Positions 1-7,601 of a stretch of DNA of 64,000 nt are shown here, piece after piece. Under the pieces are notes generated by a model, which saw nothing but the letters and a program-made list of their open reading frames with translations, had not been told where the DNA came from and made no database searches. Each line of letters starts with the position of its first letter. The stretch's first letter is position 1. Origin of the DNA: an uncultured Kiritimatiellota bacterium (GTDB taxonomy: Bacteria; Verrucomicrobiota; Kiritimatiellia; RFP12; DVOR01); NCBI GenBank assembly GCA_944389585.1, contig CALXMW010000003.1:129818-193817 (forward strand), given 5' to 3'. The position numbers were made by a program, and so were the translations under genes.

Positions 1-551
1 CGGCCGAGGGCGCGCCCGGGCCCCTGCCCGGGGATCCGCGCCTGGTGGCCGTGGGCGAGCTGGGGTTTGACTTCCATCGGAAGGGCCCCGAGACCGCCGA
101 CGCCCAGCGCGCCCTGTTCGAGGCCCAGGCCGCCCAGGCACGCGCCCGCGGCCTGCCCGTCATCGTCCACACCCGCGAGGCCGACGACCTCACCCTTTCG
201 GCGCTCCGCGCCGCGGCCCTGCCGCGCGCCGGGGTCATCCACTCCTTCACGGGGGGGCTGGCGCTGGCGCGCGCGTGCCTGGACCTGGGCTACTTCATTT
301 CCTTCTCGGGCATCCTCACCTTCCGCAACGCCGGCGCCCTGCGCGAGGTGGCGCGGCACGTCCCGGCCGACCGCCTGTTGGTGGAGACCGATTCGCCCTA
401 CCTCGCGCCCGTGCCGCATCGGGGCGCGCGCAACCGGCCCGCGCTCGTCGCCGCCACCGCCGCCTGTTTGGCCGGTCTGCGCGGCCTGCGGCCCGAGGCC
501 CTCGCCGAGCTGACGACGGCCAACGCGGCGCGGCTCTTCGGTTTGTCGTAG
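1..551 (+). CDS. TatD-family metal-dependent hydrolase/DNase, C-terminal part (5' end outside window)
   Basis: Frame 3 is open from the window edge to TAG at 549-551. Blocks VGELGFDFH, VIVHTREA, GVIHSFTG and LLVETDSPYLAPVPHRG are typical of TatD/YcfH. Confidence 0.85.
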   Translation, partial: AEGAPGPLPGDPRLVAVGELGFDFHRKGPETADAQRALFEAQAAQARARGLPVIVHTREADDLTLSALRAAALPRAGVIHSFTGGLALARACLDLGYFISFSGILTFRNAGALREVARHVPADRLLVETDSPYLAPVPHRGARNRPALVAATAACLAGLRGLRPEALAELTTANAARLFGLS

Positions 552-552
552 T

Positions 553-1866
553 TCAGTGGCCGTAATGCGCGCCGCCGGCGTCCCCGCCCCCGCCTGTCTT
601 GGGACGGCGGCAGGTGTGGCCGAAGCGCGCCAGCCAGGCCAGGCCGCGGGCGCGCCAGGCGGGGTTGGAGAAGGTGCGCAGGGCCGCGCAGTAGCGGCAG
701 CCCGGGAAGGTCAGGCCGGTGGCCGCGTAGCCGGGCAGGTGGCGGCGGATGTGGCGCAGCCAGGCGGGGTTGAAGGCCACAAGCCCCACGTCGCCCGCGT
801 CCACGGGGATGAGGCGCACGTCGCCGAAGCCGCCGAGGACGAGGCCGTGGGCGGTGGGGTTCGCGCCGCCCACCTCGCCGAAGGGCTTGGCCACCGCCAG
901 CCAGACGAAGGCGCCGTCGGCGACGGAGAGGGGGGCGGAGGCGCCGAAGTAGTCGTACTTGTCGCGGAGCGTGCCGTCGATGGGCAGGTTGCCCGGGCGC
1001 ATGGCCCGCCAGGGGCCCCAGGCGTTTTCGTCGTAGGCGCTCCAGGGGACGGTGAGGCGGCGCTCGGCGTTGTCCGCGGCGGGGCCGTGGGCGGGCGGGG
1101 GCAGGGTGGGGTGGCCGAGGGCGCCGAGCTGCGCGTCGAGGGGCGCGCCGCGGGCGAGGAGGTCCTCGAGGCTCGTGAGGCGCTCGCCCAGGCGCAGGCC
1201 GAGGAAGGGCTCGGTGGCGTAGTCCGGGAGGGGGCCGAAGTCGGCGCGGCCGGAGAAGCGTTGGAGGAAGGGGTGGGCGTGGAACCAGAACCAGCACCAG
1301 TCGTCGGCCAGGACGGCCTCGTAGAAGTCCTGCGCCAGCAGGAGGTGGCCGGAGGGATCGGCGCCGGGGCTGGCGGGGGCGGCGTGGAGGGGGCGCGCGG
1401 CGAGGGTGCGGGCCATGTCGCGGAAGGCCTCCTCGGCGCCGGGGAAGAGGCCGTTGAAGGCGGCCTCGTCGCCGATCTCGCGGAGGAAGTCGGCGCATTC
1501 GGGGATCTCGGGCAGGCCGTTGGCGCGGGCGGTCTCGCTGGCCGAGAGGAGGGCCAGGAAGGGGACGGCGAGGGCGACGCGGCGGCGGAGCCCGTGGAGG
1601 GCCTGGGCGGCGTCGGCGTTGGGGGCGGCGTCGGCGAGCATGTAGGCCTGGATGAGGTTCAGCTCGCCCACGAGGTTGAGCCCGGCGGCCTGCCAGCGGG
1701 CGGCGGCGAGGGCGGCGGCGTCCCCGCCGTCGCGCAGGGCCAGGCGCGCGTCGGCGTGGCGGTAGGCCGTGCCGATCCAGAGGACGAGGGCCGCGAGCGC
1801 CGCGAGGAACCCGAGCAGGAGCACGACGGCCTGGCCGCGTTCAGCGCGCGAGGTAAAGCGAGGCAT
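553..1866 (-). CDS. TadG-like pilin-type protein with a class-III (Flp-type) leader, 437 aa; rest of protein unassigned
   Basis: ATG at 1866. N-terminus MPRFTSRAERGQAVVLLLGFLAALAALVLWIG is a charged leader, then G/QAVV, then a hydrophobic helix, as in TadG/TadE pseudopilins. Overlaps the upstream tadE-like gene by 26 nt. The W- and Cys-rich body has no domain I can name. Confidence 0.7.
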   Translation of the reverse strand: MPRFTSRAERGQAVVLLLGFLAALAALVLWIGTAYRHADARLALRDGGDAAALAAARWQAAGLNLVGELNLIQAYMLADAAPNADAAQALHGLRRRVALAVPFLALLSASETARANGLPEIPECADFLREIGDEAAFNGLFPGAEEAFRDMARTLAARPLHAAPASPGADPSGHLLLAQDFYEAVLADDWCWFWFHAHPFLQRFSGRADFGPLPDYATEPFLGLRLGERLTSLEDLLARGAPLDAQLGALGHPTLPPPAHGPAADNAERRLTVPWSAYDENAWGPWRAMRPGNLPIDGTLRDKYDYFGASAPLSVADGAFVWLAVAKPFGEVGGANPTAHGLVLGGFGDVRLIPVDAGDVGLVAFNPAWLRHIRRHLPGYAATGLTFPGCRYCAALRTFSNPAWRARGLAWLARFGHTCRRPKTGGGGDAGGAHYGH

Positions 1867-2389
1867 GGTCTTCCACCGCCCATTCCGCGGAGATCGTGCG
1901 CGTGGGGCCGGCCGCGCCCAGGCCGAAGAGGGCGCCGAGGCGCCAGGGGAGGGCGGCCTCCGTCTCGAAGTCGGCGCGGACGCGGCATTCGCCGCCGCCG
2001 CGGCGCGCCTCGTGGCGGAGGCCCTGCCAGCCTTCGTAGTCGAGGATGCCGTCGGCCTCGGCCCAATCCTTGGCCTGGAGGTAGGTGCGCACGAGGGCCA
2101 GCTCGCCGGCGCCCGGGGAGACGGCGCGGTCGCGCTCCGGCACCAGGCGGCGCCCGGCGACGGGGATCATGCCCACGCGCAGGGACTTCTCGCGCTGGAA
2201 GGCGTTGAAGCCCACCGCGTCGGCCCGGGCGGTGGAGGCGGCGGCGTTCTCCAGCAGCAGGCGCGAGACCGCGCCGAGGGCGAAGTCGTAGAGGAAAAGG
2301 AAGGCCGCGACGAGGAAGAACAGGACGATGAGGCTTTCCACCATCGCCTGCCCGCGCCTGGGGCGGGAGCTCGCGCGGCACGGGGGCAT
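1841..2389 (-). CDS. TadE-like pseudopilin (182 aa)
   Basis: N-terminus ...RPRRGQAMVESLIVLFFLVAAFLFL is a TadE-type leader and helix. Start ATG 2389 overlaps the stop of the upstream pilin gene (TGATG junction). Confidence 0.75.
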   Translation of the reverse strand: MPPCRASSRPRRGQAMVESLIVLFFLVAAFLFLYDFALGAVSRLLLENAAASTARADAVGFNAFQREKSLRVGMIPVAGRRLVPERDRAVSPGAGELALVRTYLQAKDWAEADGILDYEGWQGLRHEARRGGGECRVRADFETEAALPWRLGALFGLGAAGPTRTISAEWAVEDHASLYLAR

Positions 2390-2640
2390 CAGTTCAGGTC
2401 GCCCGTCTCGTCCAGGCGGCGGAGCGTGCCGCCGTCCTCGGCGCCATCACTGACGTCCTGGTAGGCGTCCTGGGCCTCCTGGCCGATCTCGTCGTCGAGG
2501 GCGGAGGTGGCGCCGGAGACCTTTTTGGCGATGGCCGATCCGAAGAGCGACCACAGCGCGATGCCCGCGATGGCGATCAACACCACGATGATGATGTATT
2601 CCACCATCGCCTGCCCCTGCTTGCTGTTTCTCATGCGCAT
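2389..2640 (-). CDS. Flp-family pilin (83 aa)
   Basis: Internal ATG at 2640 of ORF 2389..2820 gives MRMRNSKQGQAMVEYIIIVVLIAIAGIALWSLF. This is the Flp G/xxxxEY motif plus a hydrophobic helix. GGAAAGGA RBS lies 6-13 nt upstream. The longer N-terminal extension is Arg/Gly-rich and implausible. Confidence 0.8.
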   Translation of the reverse strand: MRMRNSKQGQAMVEYIIIVVLIAIAGIALWSLFGSAIAKKVSGATSALDDEIGQEAQDAYQDVSDGAEDGGTLRRLDETGDLN

Positions 2641-2654
2641 GGCGCGTCCTTTCC

Positions 2655-2798
2655 TTAAGGGTAGCCGGAGCCGAGCAGCGTCTCGGTGCGCGCCTCCTGC
2701 GCCCGGATGGCCTGGGTGAGCAGGCCCGCGGCGGCGGCGGCGCCCAGCAGCGCCACCAGCACCAGGAGATACTCGACCATCGCCTGCCCGTTCCTCAT
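2655..2798 (-). CDS. Flp-family pilin (47 aa)
   Basis: Tail of ORF 2655..3467: MRNGQAMVEYLLVLVALLGAAAAAGLL..., with the same GQAMVEY motif. First gene of the pilin operon. An alternative ATG at 2816 cannot be excluded. Confidence 0.7.
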   Translation of the reverse strand: MRNGQAMVEYLLVLVALLGAAAAAGLLTQAIRAQEARTETLLGSGYP

Positions 2799-2804
2799 GC
2801 GGGC

Positions 2805-2815
2805 ATTGTACCACA
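2805..2815 (-). promoter_or_regulatory. Extended -10 promoter (TGTGGTACAAT) for the pilin operon; predicts a leaderless mRNA
   Basis: The reverse complement of 2805-2815 is TGTGGTACAAT. The last T of the -10 is 7 nt from the A of ATG 2798. It matches the -10 motif recurring upstream of 11 other operons in this window. Confidence 0.4.
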
Positions 2816-2820
2816 TCCAT

Positions 2821-2830
2821 TTGCTACAAT
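2821..2830 (+). promoter_or_regulatory. Extended -10 promoter (TTGCTACAAT) for the gph operon
   Basis: TGC-TACAAT at 2822-2830. ATG 2838 lies 8 nt after the -10, so the transcript may be leaderless and start at Met-4 of the listed ORF. Confidence 0.35.
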
Positions 2831-3488
2831 GTTGCGCATGGACGCACCTACGCTTTTCTTCGACTTGGACGGCACGCTCATCGATTCGCGCGGCGACATC
2901 GCCAACAGCGTCAACCTCACGCGCGCCGATTACGGCCTGCCCCCGCTCCCCCTCGAGGCCGTCACCGGGATGGTCGGCAACGGCGCGCGCCAGCTCATGC
3001 TCCGCGCCATGCCCGGCTTCGAGGATCGCCTGGACGAGATCGTGGAGAACAACCGCCGCCAGTACGCCGCCCACCTGGTGGAGCGCACCTTCGTCTTCCC
3101 CGGCGTGCCCGAGGGGCTCGAGGCCCTGCGCGCGCTCGGCTGCCGGATGGCGGTGACCTCGAACAAGACCTCCGCGCACATCCCGCGCATCCTCGAGAAG
3201 CTCGGCATCCTCAAGTATTTCGACGTGACGGTCGGCGGCGGCGACGTCCCGGCCCTCAAGCCCGCGCCCGACCTGCTTTACCTCGCCGCCGAGCGCCTGG
3301 GCGTGCCCGTCCGCCCCGACGATTGGGTCATCGGCGACCATTACACCGACCTGGAGGTGGGCCGCCGCGCCGGCGTCAAGGTCTGCCACTGCGCCTACGG
3401 CTTCGGCCAGCCCCGCGGCGAGCGTTTCGACGTGGAGGTGCAAGACCTGCGCGAATTCGCCGCGCACCTGCGGGGCTTGCTGGGATGA
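2829..3488 (+). CDS. HAD-superfamily phosphoglycolate phosphatase-like hydrolase (start 2829 or 2838)
   Basis: FFDLDGTLIDS motif I, VTSNK motif II, and GD(x)3D at the C-terminus. The length is typical of Gph. Confidence 0.85.
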   Translation: MLRMDAPTLFFDLDGTLIDSRGDIANSVNLTRADYGLPPLPLEAVTGMVGNGARQLMLRAMPGFEDRLDEIVENNRRQYAAHLVERTFVFPGVPEGLEALRALGCRMAVTSNKTSAHIPRILEKLGILKYFDVTVGGGDVPALKPAPDLLYLAAERLGVPVRPDDWVIGDHYTDLEVGRRAGVKVCHCAYGFGQPRGERFDVEVQDLREFAAHLRGLLG

Positions 3489-4345
3489 CGGCGGCCGCGC
3501 GGCGGCTGGCGGGGTGGGGCGCGGGCGCGCTGCTGCTGGCCGCGCTCTGCCTGAGCCTCCCGCTCTGCACCCGCCGCGCCCTGCCCCCCGGGGTGGGCCT
3601 CTCCCCGGCGCCGGGCGCCCTGCTGGCCGCGCTCGGCGGCAGCCGCGGGATCTTGGCCGAGGCCGCCTGGTTCCGCCTCAACGGCCTCCAGCGCGAGGGG
3701 CGCCTCGCCGAATTGAGCCTGCTCACCGACTTCATCGTGGCGCTCGACCCCTCAAACGTCGAGGCCTGGACCTTCATGGCCTGGAACCTGGCCTACAACG
3801 TCAGCGCCGACGCCGCCACCCCCGAGGCCCGCTGGCGCTGGGTGCGCGCGGGGATTGAGCTCCTGGGGCGCGGCCTGCGCGCGAACCCCGGCGACCCCAC
3901 GCTCCTGCGCCAGCTCGGCTGGGTGTGGGAGCACAAGGTCGGCGGCGGCGTGCCCGACCCCGCCTTGCCCGGCGGGTACCCCCCGGAGACGCTCGAGCTC
4001 CGCGCCCGCGCCGCGGCCCTCCCCCCGCCGCCGGACGCCGCGGCCTTCGCGGCCTTCCTCGGCGCGCCGCCGGATTGGGCCTCGCCGGCCTGCCGCGCCC
4101 TCCACTGCTACGCCCGCGCCGGGCACGCCCGCGACACGCTCCGCGCCCTTACCCTGTGGCTGGGCGCCCTGCCGCCGGCGCGCCGCGCCGCGCTCCTGCC
4201 CTGCTTCCGGCGCGCCGTGCTCGCCGCCTGGCCCGAGCTCCCGCCCGACCAGGCCGAGCGGTGCCGCGCCGTGGCGCGGGAGCTGCTGCGCGCCCATCCC
4301 GGCGACCCCGCGCTCCAAACCCTGCTCAAGGAGACCGCCCCATGA
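3485..4345 (+). CDS. Hypothetical membrane-anchored protein (286 aa), helical-repeat-like
   Basis: ATG 3485 overlaps the gph stop (ATGA). N-terminal hydrophobic segment AGALLLAALCLSLPLC. W/L/A-rich helical body with no recognisable family. Its stop overlaps the next start (ATGA). Confidence 0.6.
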   Translation: MTAAARRLAGWGAGALLLAALCLSLPLCTRRALPPGVGLSPAPGALLAALGGSRGILAEAAWFRLNGLQREGRLAELSLLTDFIVALDPSNVEAWTFMAWNLAYNVSADAATPEARWRWVRAGIELLGRGLRANPGDPTLLRQLGWVWEHKVGGGVPDPALPGGYPPETLELRARAAALPPPPDAAAFAAFLGAPPDWASPACRALHCYARAGHARDTLRALTLWLGALPPARRAALLPCFRRAVLAAWPELPPDQAERCRAVARELLRAHPGDPALQTLLKETAP

Positions 4346-5217
4346 TCCGCACCATCGGCGAGACCGTCGTCGCCTTCGACTGCGAGTGGATCCCAGACCC
4401 GAACGCCGCCCGCGCCCTTTTCCCCGACGCCGCCGCGCTCCCCGAGCCCGAGCTGCTGGCGCGCCTGTGGGCGCACAACGGCGCCACGCCCGAGGAGCCG
4501 CGCCCCTTCGTCCGCCTCATGCAGAGCCGCGTCGTCTCCGTGGCGATGGTTATGCGCAGCGCCCCGAAGGTCAACGGCGGCGACCCCGAGCTCCGCCTTG
4601 TCTGGCTGCCCAAAGACCCGGACGACCCCGCCGCGCGCGCCGAGCGCAAGGTCGTCGGCTCCTTCCTCGCGGCCATCGGGCGCAGCCAGCCCCAGCTGGT
4701 GGGCTTCAACTCCCGCTCGGCCGACCTGCGCATCCTCGCCCAGCGCGCCCTGGCCCTGGGCATCCCCGCCAAGGGCTTCCTCAGCCACCCCCAGAAGCCC
4801 TGGGAGGGCGTGGACTACTTCGCGCGCGACAACGATTGCTCCATCGACCTCATGGAGCTCATCGCCGGCCCCTTCTCCGGCCGCGCCGCCGCCCTCTCCC
4901 TCCACGAGGCCGCCACCCTCTGCGGCATCCCCGGCAAGTTCGACGCCCACGGCGACCAGGTGCTCGACCTGTGGCAACAGGGCCGCTACCGCGAGATCGT
5001 CCAATACAACTGCTACGACGCCCTCACCACCTACCTCCTCTGGCTCCGCCTCGCCTGGGTCTCCGGCCGCCTCCAGGCCGACCAGTACGAGAACGAGCAG
5101 GCCCTCCTGCGCGACCTGCTCATGGGCCTCTGCGACGCGCCCGAGACCGCCTTCCTCGAGCCCTACCTCCACGAATGGGACCGCCTCGCCGACCTCCGCG
5201 AGCGCTTCCCCGGCTGA
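4342..5217 (+). CDS. Predicted 3'-5' exonuclease related to the PolB exonuclease domain (RNase H-like fold)
   Basis: MIRTIGETVVAFDCEWIPD (Exo I DxE), LVGFNSRSADLRIL (Exo II), and YNCYDALTTYLLWLRL (Exo III YxxxD). This resembles the COG3298 / DNA_pol_B_exo2 family. Confidence 0.8.
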   Translation: MIRTIGETVVAFDCEWIPDPNAARALFPDAAALPEPELLARLWAHNGATPEEPRPFVRLMQSRVVSVAMVMRSAPKVNGGDPELRLVWLPKDPDDPAARAERKVVGSFLAAIGRSQPQLVGFNSRSADLRILAQRALALGIPAKGFLSHPQKPWEGVDYFARDNDCSIDLMELIAGPFSGRAAALSLHEAATLCGIPGKFDAHGDQVLDLWQQGRYREIVQYNCYDALTTYLLWLRLAWVSGRLQADQYENEQALLRDLLMGLCDAPETAFLEPYLHEWDRLADLRERFPG

Positions 5218-5231
5218 ACGAAAGGAACGCC

Positions 5232-6155
5232 ATGCCCATCCTCGATTCCGTCCTCGGCGCCATCGGGCGCACCCCCCTCGTCCGCCTCTCGCGCCTCTGT
5301 CCCGGCCCCGCCGCGCTCCTGGCCAAACTCGAGGCGCGCAACCCCGGCGGCAGCGTCAAGGACCGCGTCGGCCTGGCCCTCATCGAGCGCGCCGAGCGCG
5401 AAGGCCGCCTCGCCCCCGGCGCCCTCCTCATCGAGCCGACCAGCGGCAACACTGGCATCGGCCTGGCCCTCGCCGCCGCCGTCAAAGGCTACCGCCTCAT
5501 CCTCACCATGCCCGAGACCATGAGCCTCGAGCGCCGCAAGCTCCTCGCCGCCTACGGCGCCCAGCTCGTCCTCACCCCCGGCGACAAAGGCATGCAAGGC
5601 GCCATCGACGAGGCCCAGCGCCTCCACGCCGCCAACCCCGGCAGCCTCATCCCCCAACAGTTCGAGAACCCCGCCAACCCAGCCGCCCACGAGGCCGCCA
5701 CCGGCCCCGAGATCCTCCAAGACCTCGGCCGCGCGCCGGACGTCTTCGTCGCCGGCGTCGGCACCGGCGGCACCCTCACCGGCGTCGGCCGCGCCCTCCG
5801 CCGCGCCGACCCCGCCGTCGAGCTCGTCGCCGTCGAGCCCGACACCAGCGCCGTCCTCAGCGGCCGCCCCGCCGGCCCCCACAAACTCCAAGGCATCGGC
5901 GCCGGCTTCATCCCCAAAACCCTCGACCGCGCCCTCATCAGCCGCGTCCTCCCCGTCTCCGCCGAGGACGCCGGCGCCGCCGCCCGCCAAGCCGCCCGCC
6001 GCGAAGGCCTCCTCGTCGGCATCTCCGGCGGCGCCGCCCTCCACGCCGCCCTCACCCTGGCCCGGGATCCCGCCTACGCCGGCAAGACCATCGTCGTCCT
6101 CCTCCCCGACGCCGGCGACCGCTACCTCTCCACCTGGCTCTGGGAAGAAGCCTGA
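5232..6155 (+). CDS. cysK: Cysteine synthase A (O-acetylserine sulfhydrylase)
   Basis: ATG 5232 inside long ORF 3855..6155. Carries NPGGSVKDR (PLP lysine), TSGNTGIGLA and GVGTGGTLTGVG motifs. 307 aa. Confidence 0.95.
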   Translation: MPILDSVLGAIGRTPLVRLSRLCPGPAALLAKLEARNPGGSVKDRVGLALIERAEREGRLAPGALLIEPTSGNTGIGLALAAAVKGYRLILTMPETMSLERRKLLAAYGAQLVLTPGDKGMQGAIDEAQRLHAANPGSLIPQQFENPANPAAHEAATGPEILQDLGRAPDVFVAGVGTGGTLTGVGRALRRADPAVELVAVEPDTSAVLSGRPAGPHKLQGIGAGFIPKTLDRALISRVLPVSAEDAGAAARQAARREGLLVGISGGAALHAALTLARDPAYAGKTIVVLLPDAGDRYLSTWLWEEA

Positions 6156-6165
6156 CCCCACGCCC

Positions 6166-6477
6166 CACTAAGACCACTAGGACAACTAAGACCACTGGGA
6201 CGGCTGGGCGGCGCTTCGCCCGTCGCCCTGCAGGGCAGTCTCCGTTTTCCCTTTGTGCCCGTTGCGTCCTTTGTGCCCTTTGTGATTTCCAGAACCCTAG
6301 CCCGTCCTGCGTGCGCCAGCACGCCCTCAATCTGCTCCAAATCCGAGCAATCTGCGGTTCCTTTCGCCGCAAGCCTCCGTTGTGCCCGTTGAGCTTCCCA
6401 GGCTCCGTGTCTCTCTGCGTGTCCTCTGTGCCCGCTGTGGTCTTCCCTGCGCCGTGCAATGTCCTTTGTGATTTCCA
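6166..6477 (+). repeat. Composite intergenic repeat, copy A (modules M1-M2-M3 ... M4)
   Basis: 9-bp ACTAAGACC/ACTGGGAC units at 6166-6210. GCTTCGCCCGTCGCCCTGCAGGGC hairpin plus TCTCCGTTTTCC at 6212-6251. CCTTTGTG...GATTTCCA at 6252-6292. The 73-nt M4 at 6405-6477 is 71/73 identical to 7706-7778. Confidence 0.85.
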
Positions 6478-6510
6478 AGCGCGCCCCGCCCGCAGTGCTC
6501 CCGACTCCAT

Positions 6511-6547
6511 AAAAAAGGCCCCGGCGTGCGCCGGGGCCCTTTTTGTT
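6511..6547. terminator. Bidirectional rho-independent terminator between cysK and the PEP-CTERM gene
   Basis: AAAAAA-GGCCCCGGCG-TG-CGCCGGGGCC-CTTTTTGTTT: a perfect 10-bp GC stem flanked by an A-tract and a T-tract. Confidence 0.75.
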
Positions 6548-6557
6548 TGCCGGTCGC

Positions 6558-7235
6558 TTAGGCCACGCGGCGGCGGAGGGCCACGCCGGCCACGCCGAGG
6601 GCGAGCAGCGCCAGCGCCGTCGGCTCGGGCACGCTGTAGGCCTCGCGCAGGTCGTCGATGGAGGCCGCGACGAAAGCGACCTGGGCGTCCGAGATGGAGA
6701 GCCCCTGGGTCGCCTCTTCCATGTTCACCTTGTTGCCAAGGACGAACTGGTCGAGCGTCCAGCCCGCACTGACCGCGAGGTTCGCGGCGGAGCAGATCTC
6801 CACGCCGTCGACGAAGAACGAGACGTTCATCGAGGCCCCGGAGCGTTCGACGGCCAGCACAAGCTCGTGCTTATCGCCATTCGTCAGCTGCGAGATGGTG
6901 CGGTCGGTTCCTTCAATATGGGTTCCTTCGGTATTCTCGCCGACGCCGAGACGGAGGTTGTTGCCGCTCAGCCAGACGGTCGGGGAGGAACTGTCCGTGT
7001 CCTGGTTGCCGATGCTGAAGAGCGAGTTGCCCTTGGCGCCGGAATCCGCGAAGGAGGCGACGACGCGGATGGCGCCGGCGGCCACCGTGCCTTCCCCGGA
7101 GGCCGCGATGGCGGTGGGGAGGGTGCCGAGCGTGCCGGCGGTGTAGTTGTCGACGGCGGCCCAGTCGATGCTCACGGCGTGGGCGGCGGAGAGGGCGAGC
7201 GCGGCGAAGGCCGCGGTAAGGAGGGTTTTCTTCAT
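6558..7235 (-). CDS. PEP-CTERM-anchored secreted protein with a lectin/LamG-like beta-sandwich body
   Basis: Signal peptide MKKTLLTAAFAALALSAAHA. C-terminus VPEPTALALLALGVAGVALRRRVA is the PEP-CTERM sorting signal. Confidence 0.9.
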   Translation of the reverse strand: MKKTLLTAAFAALALSAAHAVSIDWAAVDNYTAGTLGTLPTAIAASGEGTVAAGAIRVVASFADSGAKGNSLFSIGNQDTDSSSPTVWLSGNNLRLGVGENTEGTHIEGTDRTISQLTNGDKHELVLAVERSGASMNVSFFVDGVEICSAANLAVSAGWTLDQFVLGNKVNMEEATQGLSISDAQVAFVAASIDDLREAYSVPEPTALALLALGVAGVALRRRVA

Positions 7236-7601
7236 GGGTTTGCATTTCTCCTTCCCCGCCCGACAACGTGGCCGAGGGAATCAGGGACGGGGAAGCAGGG
7301 GATCCCCTCGGCTGGTGCGCCACAGACACACGTCCATGCGCGCATGTCCGCGCTTCCGCCGCAGGCCCACGAAAAGACGCACCGCCCTTTCGCACCTCGC
7401 GGAGGCCCTGAGAAGCCTGATAAGGATGCGAGAGGGAAGTGCACCCAACGGTGCGCACTTCGCCGATTCCGCCGCCTTATCAGAAAGTTCTCAGGTTTCC
7501 ACGAGCGACTTGTCGCGCAAAGCGCAAACGATGCCACAGCTCTCCCATGGCGTGCCAATAGAACAACACAATACCCCCGCCCCTTGGCAAGCCCTCTGCC
7601 C

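Noticed and set aside
398-2381. Long ORFs overlapping or antisense to the tadG/tadE-like genes (398..1498-, 556..2208+, 1659..2381-, 1769..2464+).
   Set aside because: Their translations are Arg/Pro/Gly/Ala homopolymer-like with no motifs. Such stop-free frames are expected in very GC-rich DNA. The alternative frame gives proteins with recognisable pilin-type N-termini.
3855-6155. The 766-aa ORF suggesting a long N-terminal extension of cysK. Likewise 48917..52444 extends the sulfatase and 47596..48804 extends the HAD gene.
   Set aside because: The upstream parts are Arg/Pro-rich and overlap other well-supported genes in different frames. Internal starts give full-length canonical proteins: ATG 5232 with GGAA upstream, ATG 51094 giving a Tat signal, and GTG 48264.
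6166-6210. The 9-bp ACTGGGAC-type arrays (also 7602-7640 and 31506-31603) as collagen-like or tripeptide-repeat coding sequence, or as a mini-CRISPR.
   Set aside because: They are only 4-5 units long, occur in both orientations within one locus, lack start codons and RBSs, and are always joined to the non-coding hairpin modules.
6122-6478. ORFs beginning MEITKDIARRR.DHSGHRGHAE.HG at 6122..6478 (-) and 7480..7779 (-). They look like a conserved small-protein family.
   Set aside because: The shared N-terminus is simply the 97%-identical M4 repeat DNA read in one frame. The starts are TTG/GTG with no RBS, the sequences diverge as soon as the repeat ends, and all three frames stay open across the repeat. 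There is no evidence for coding.
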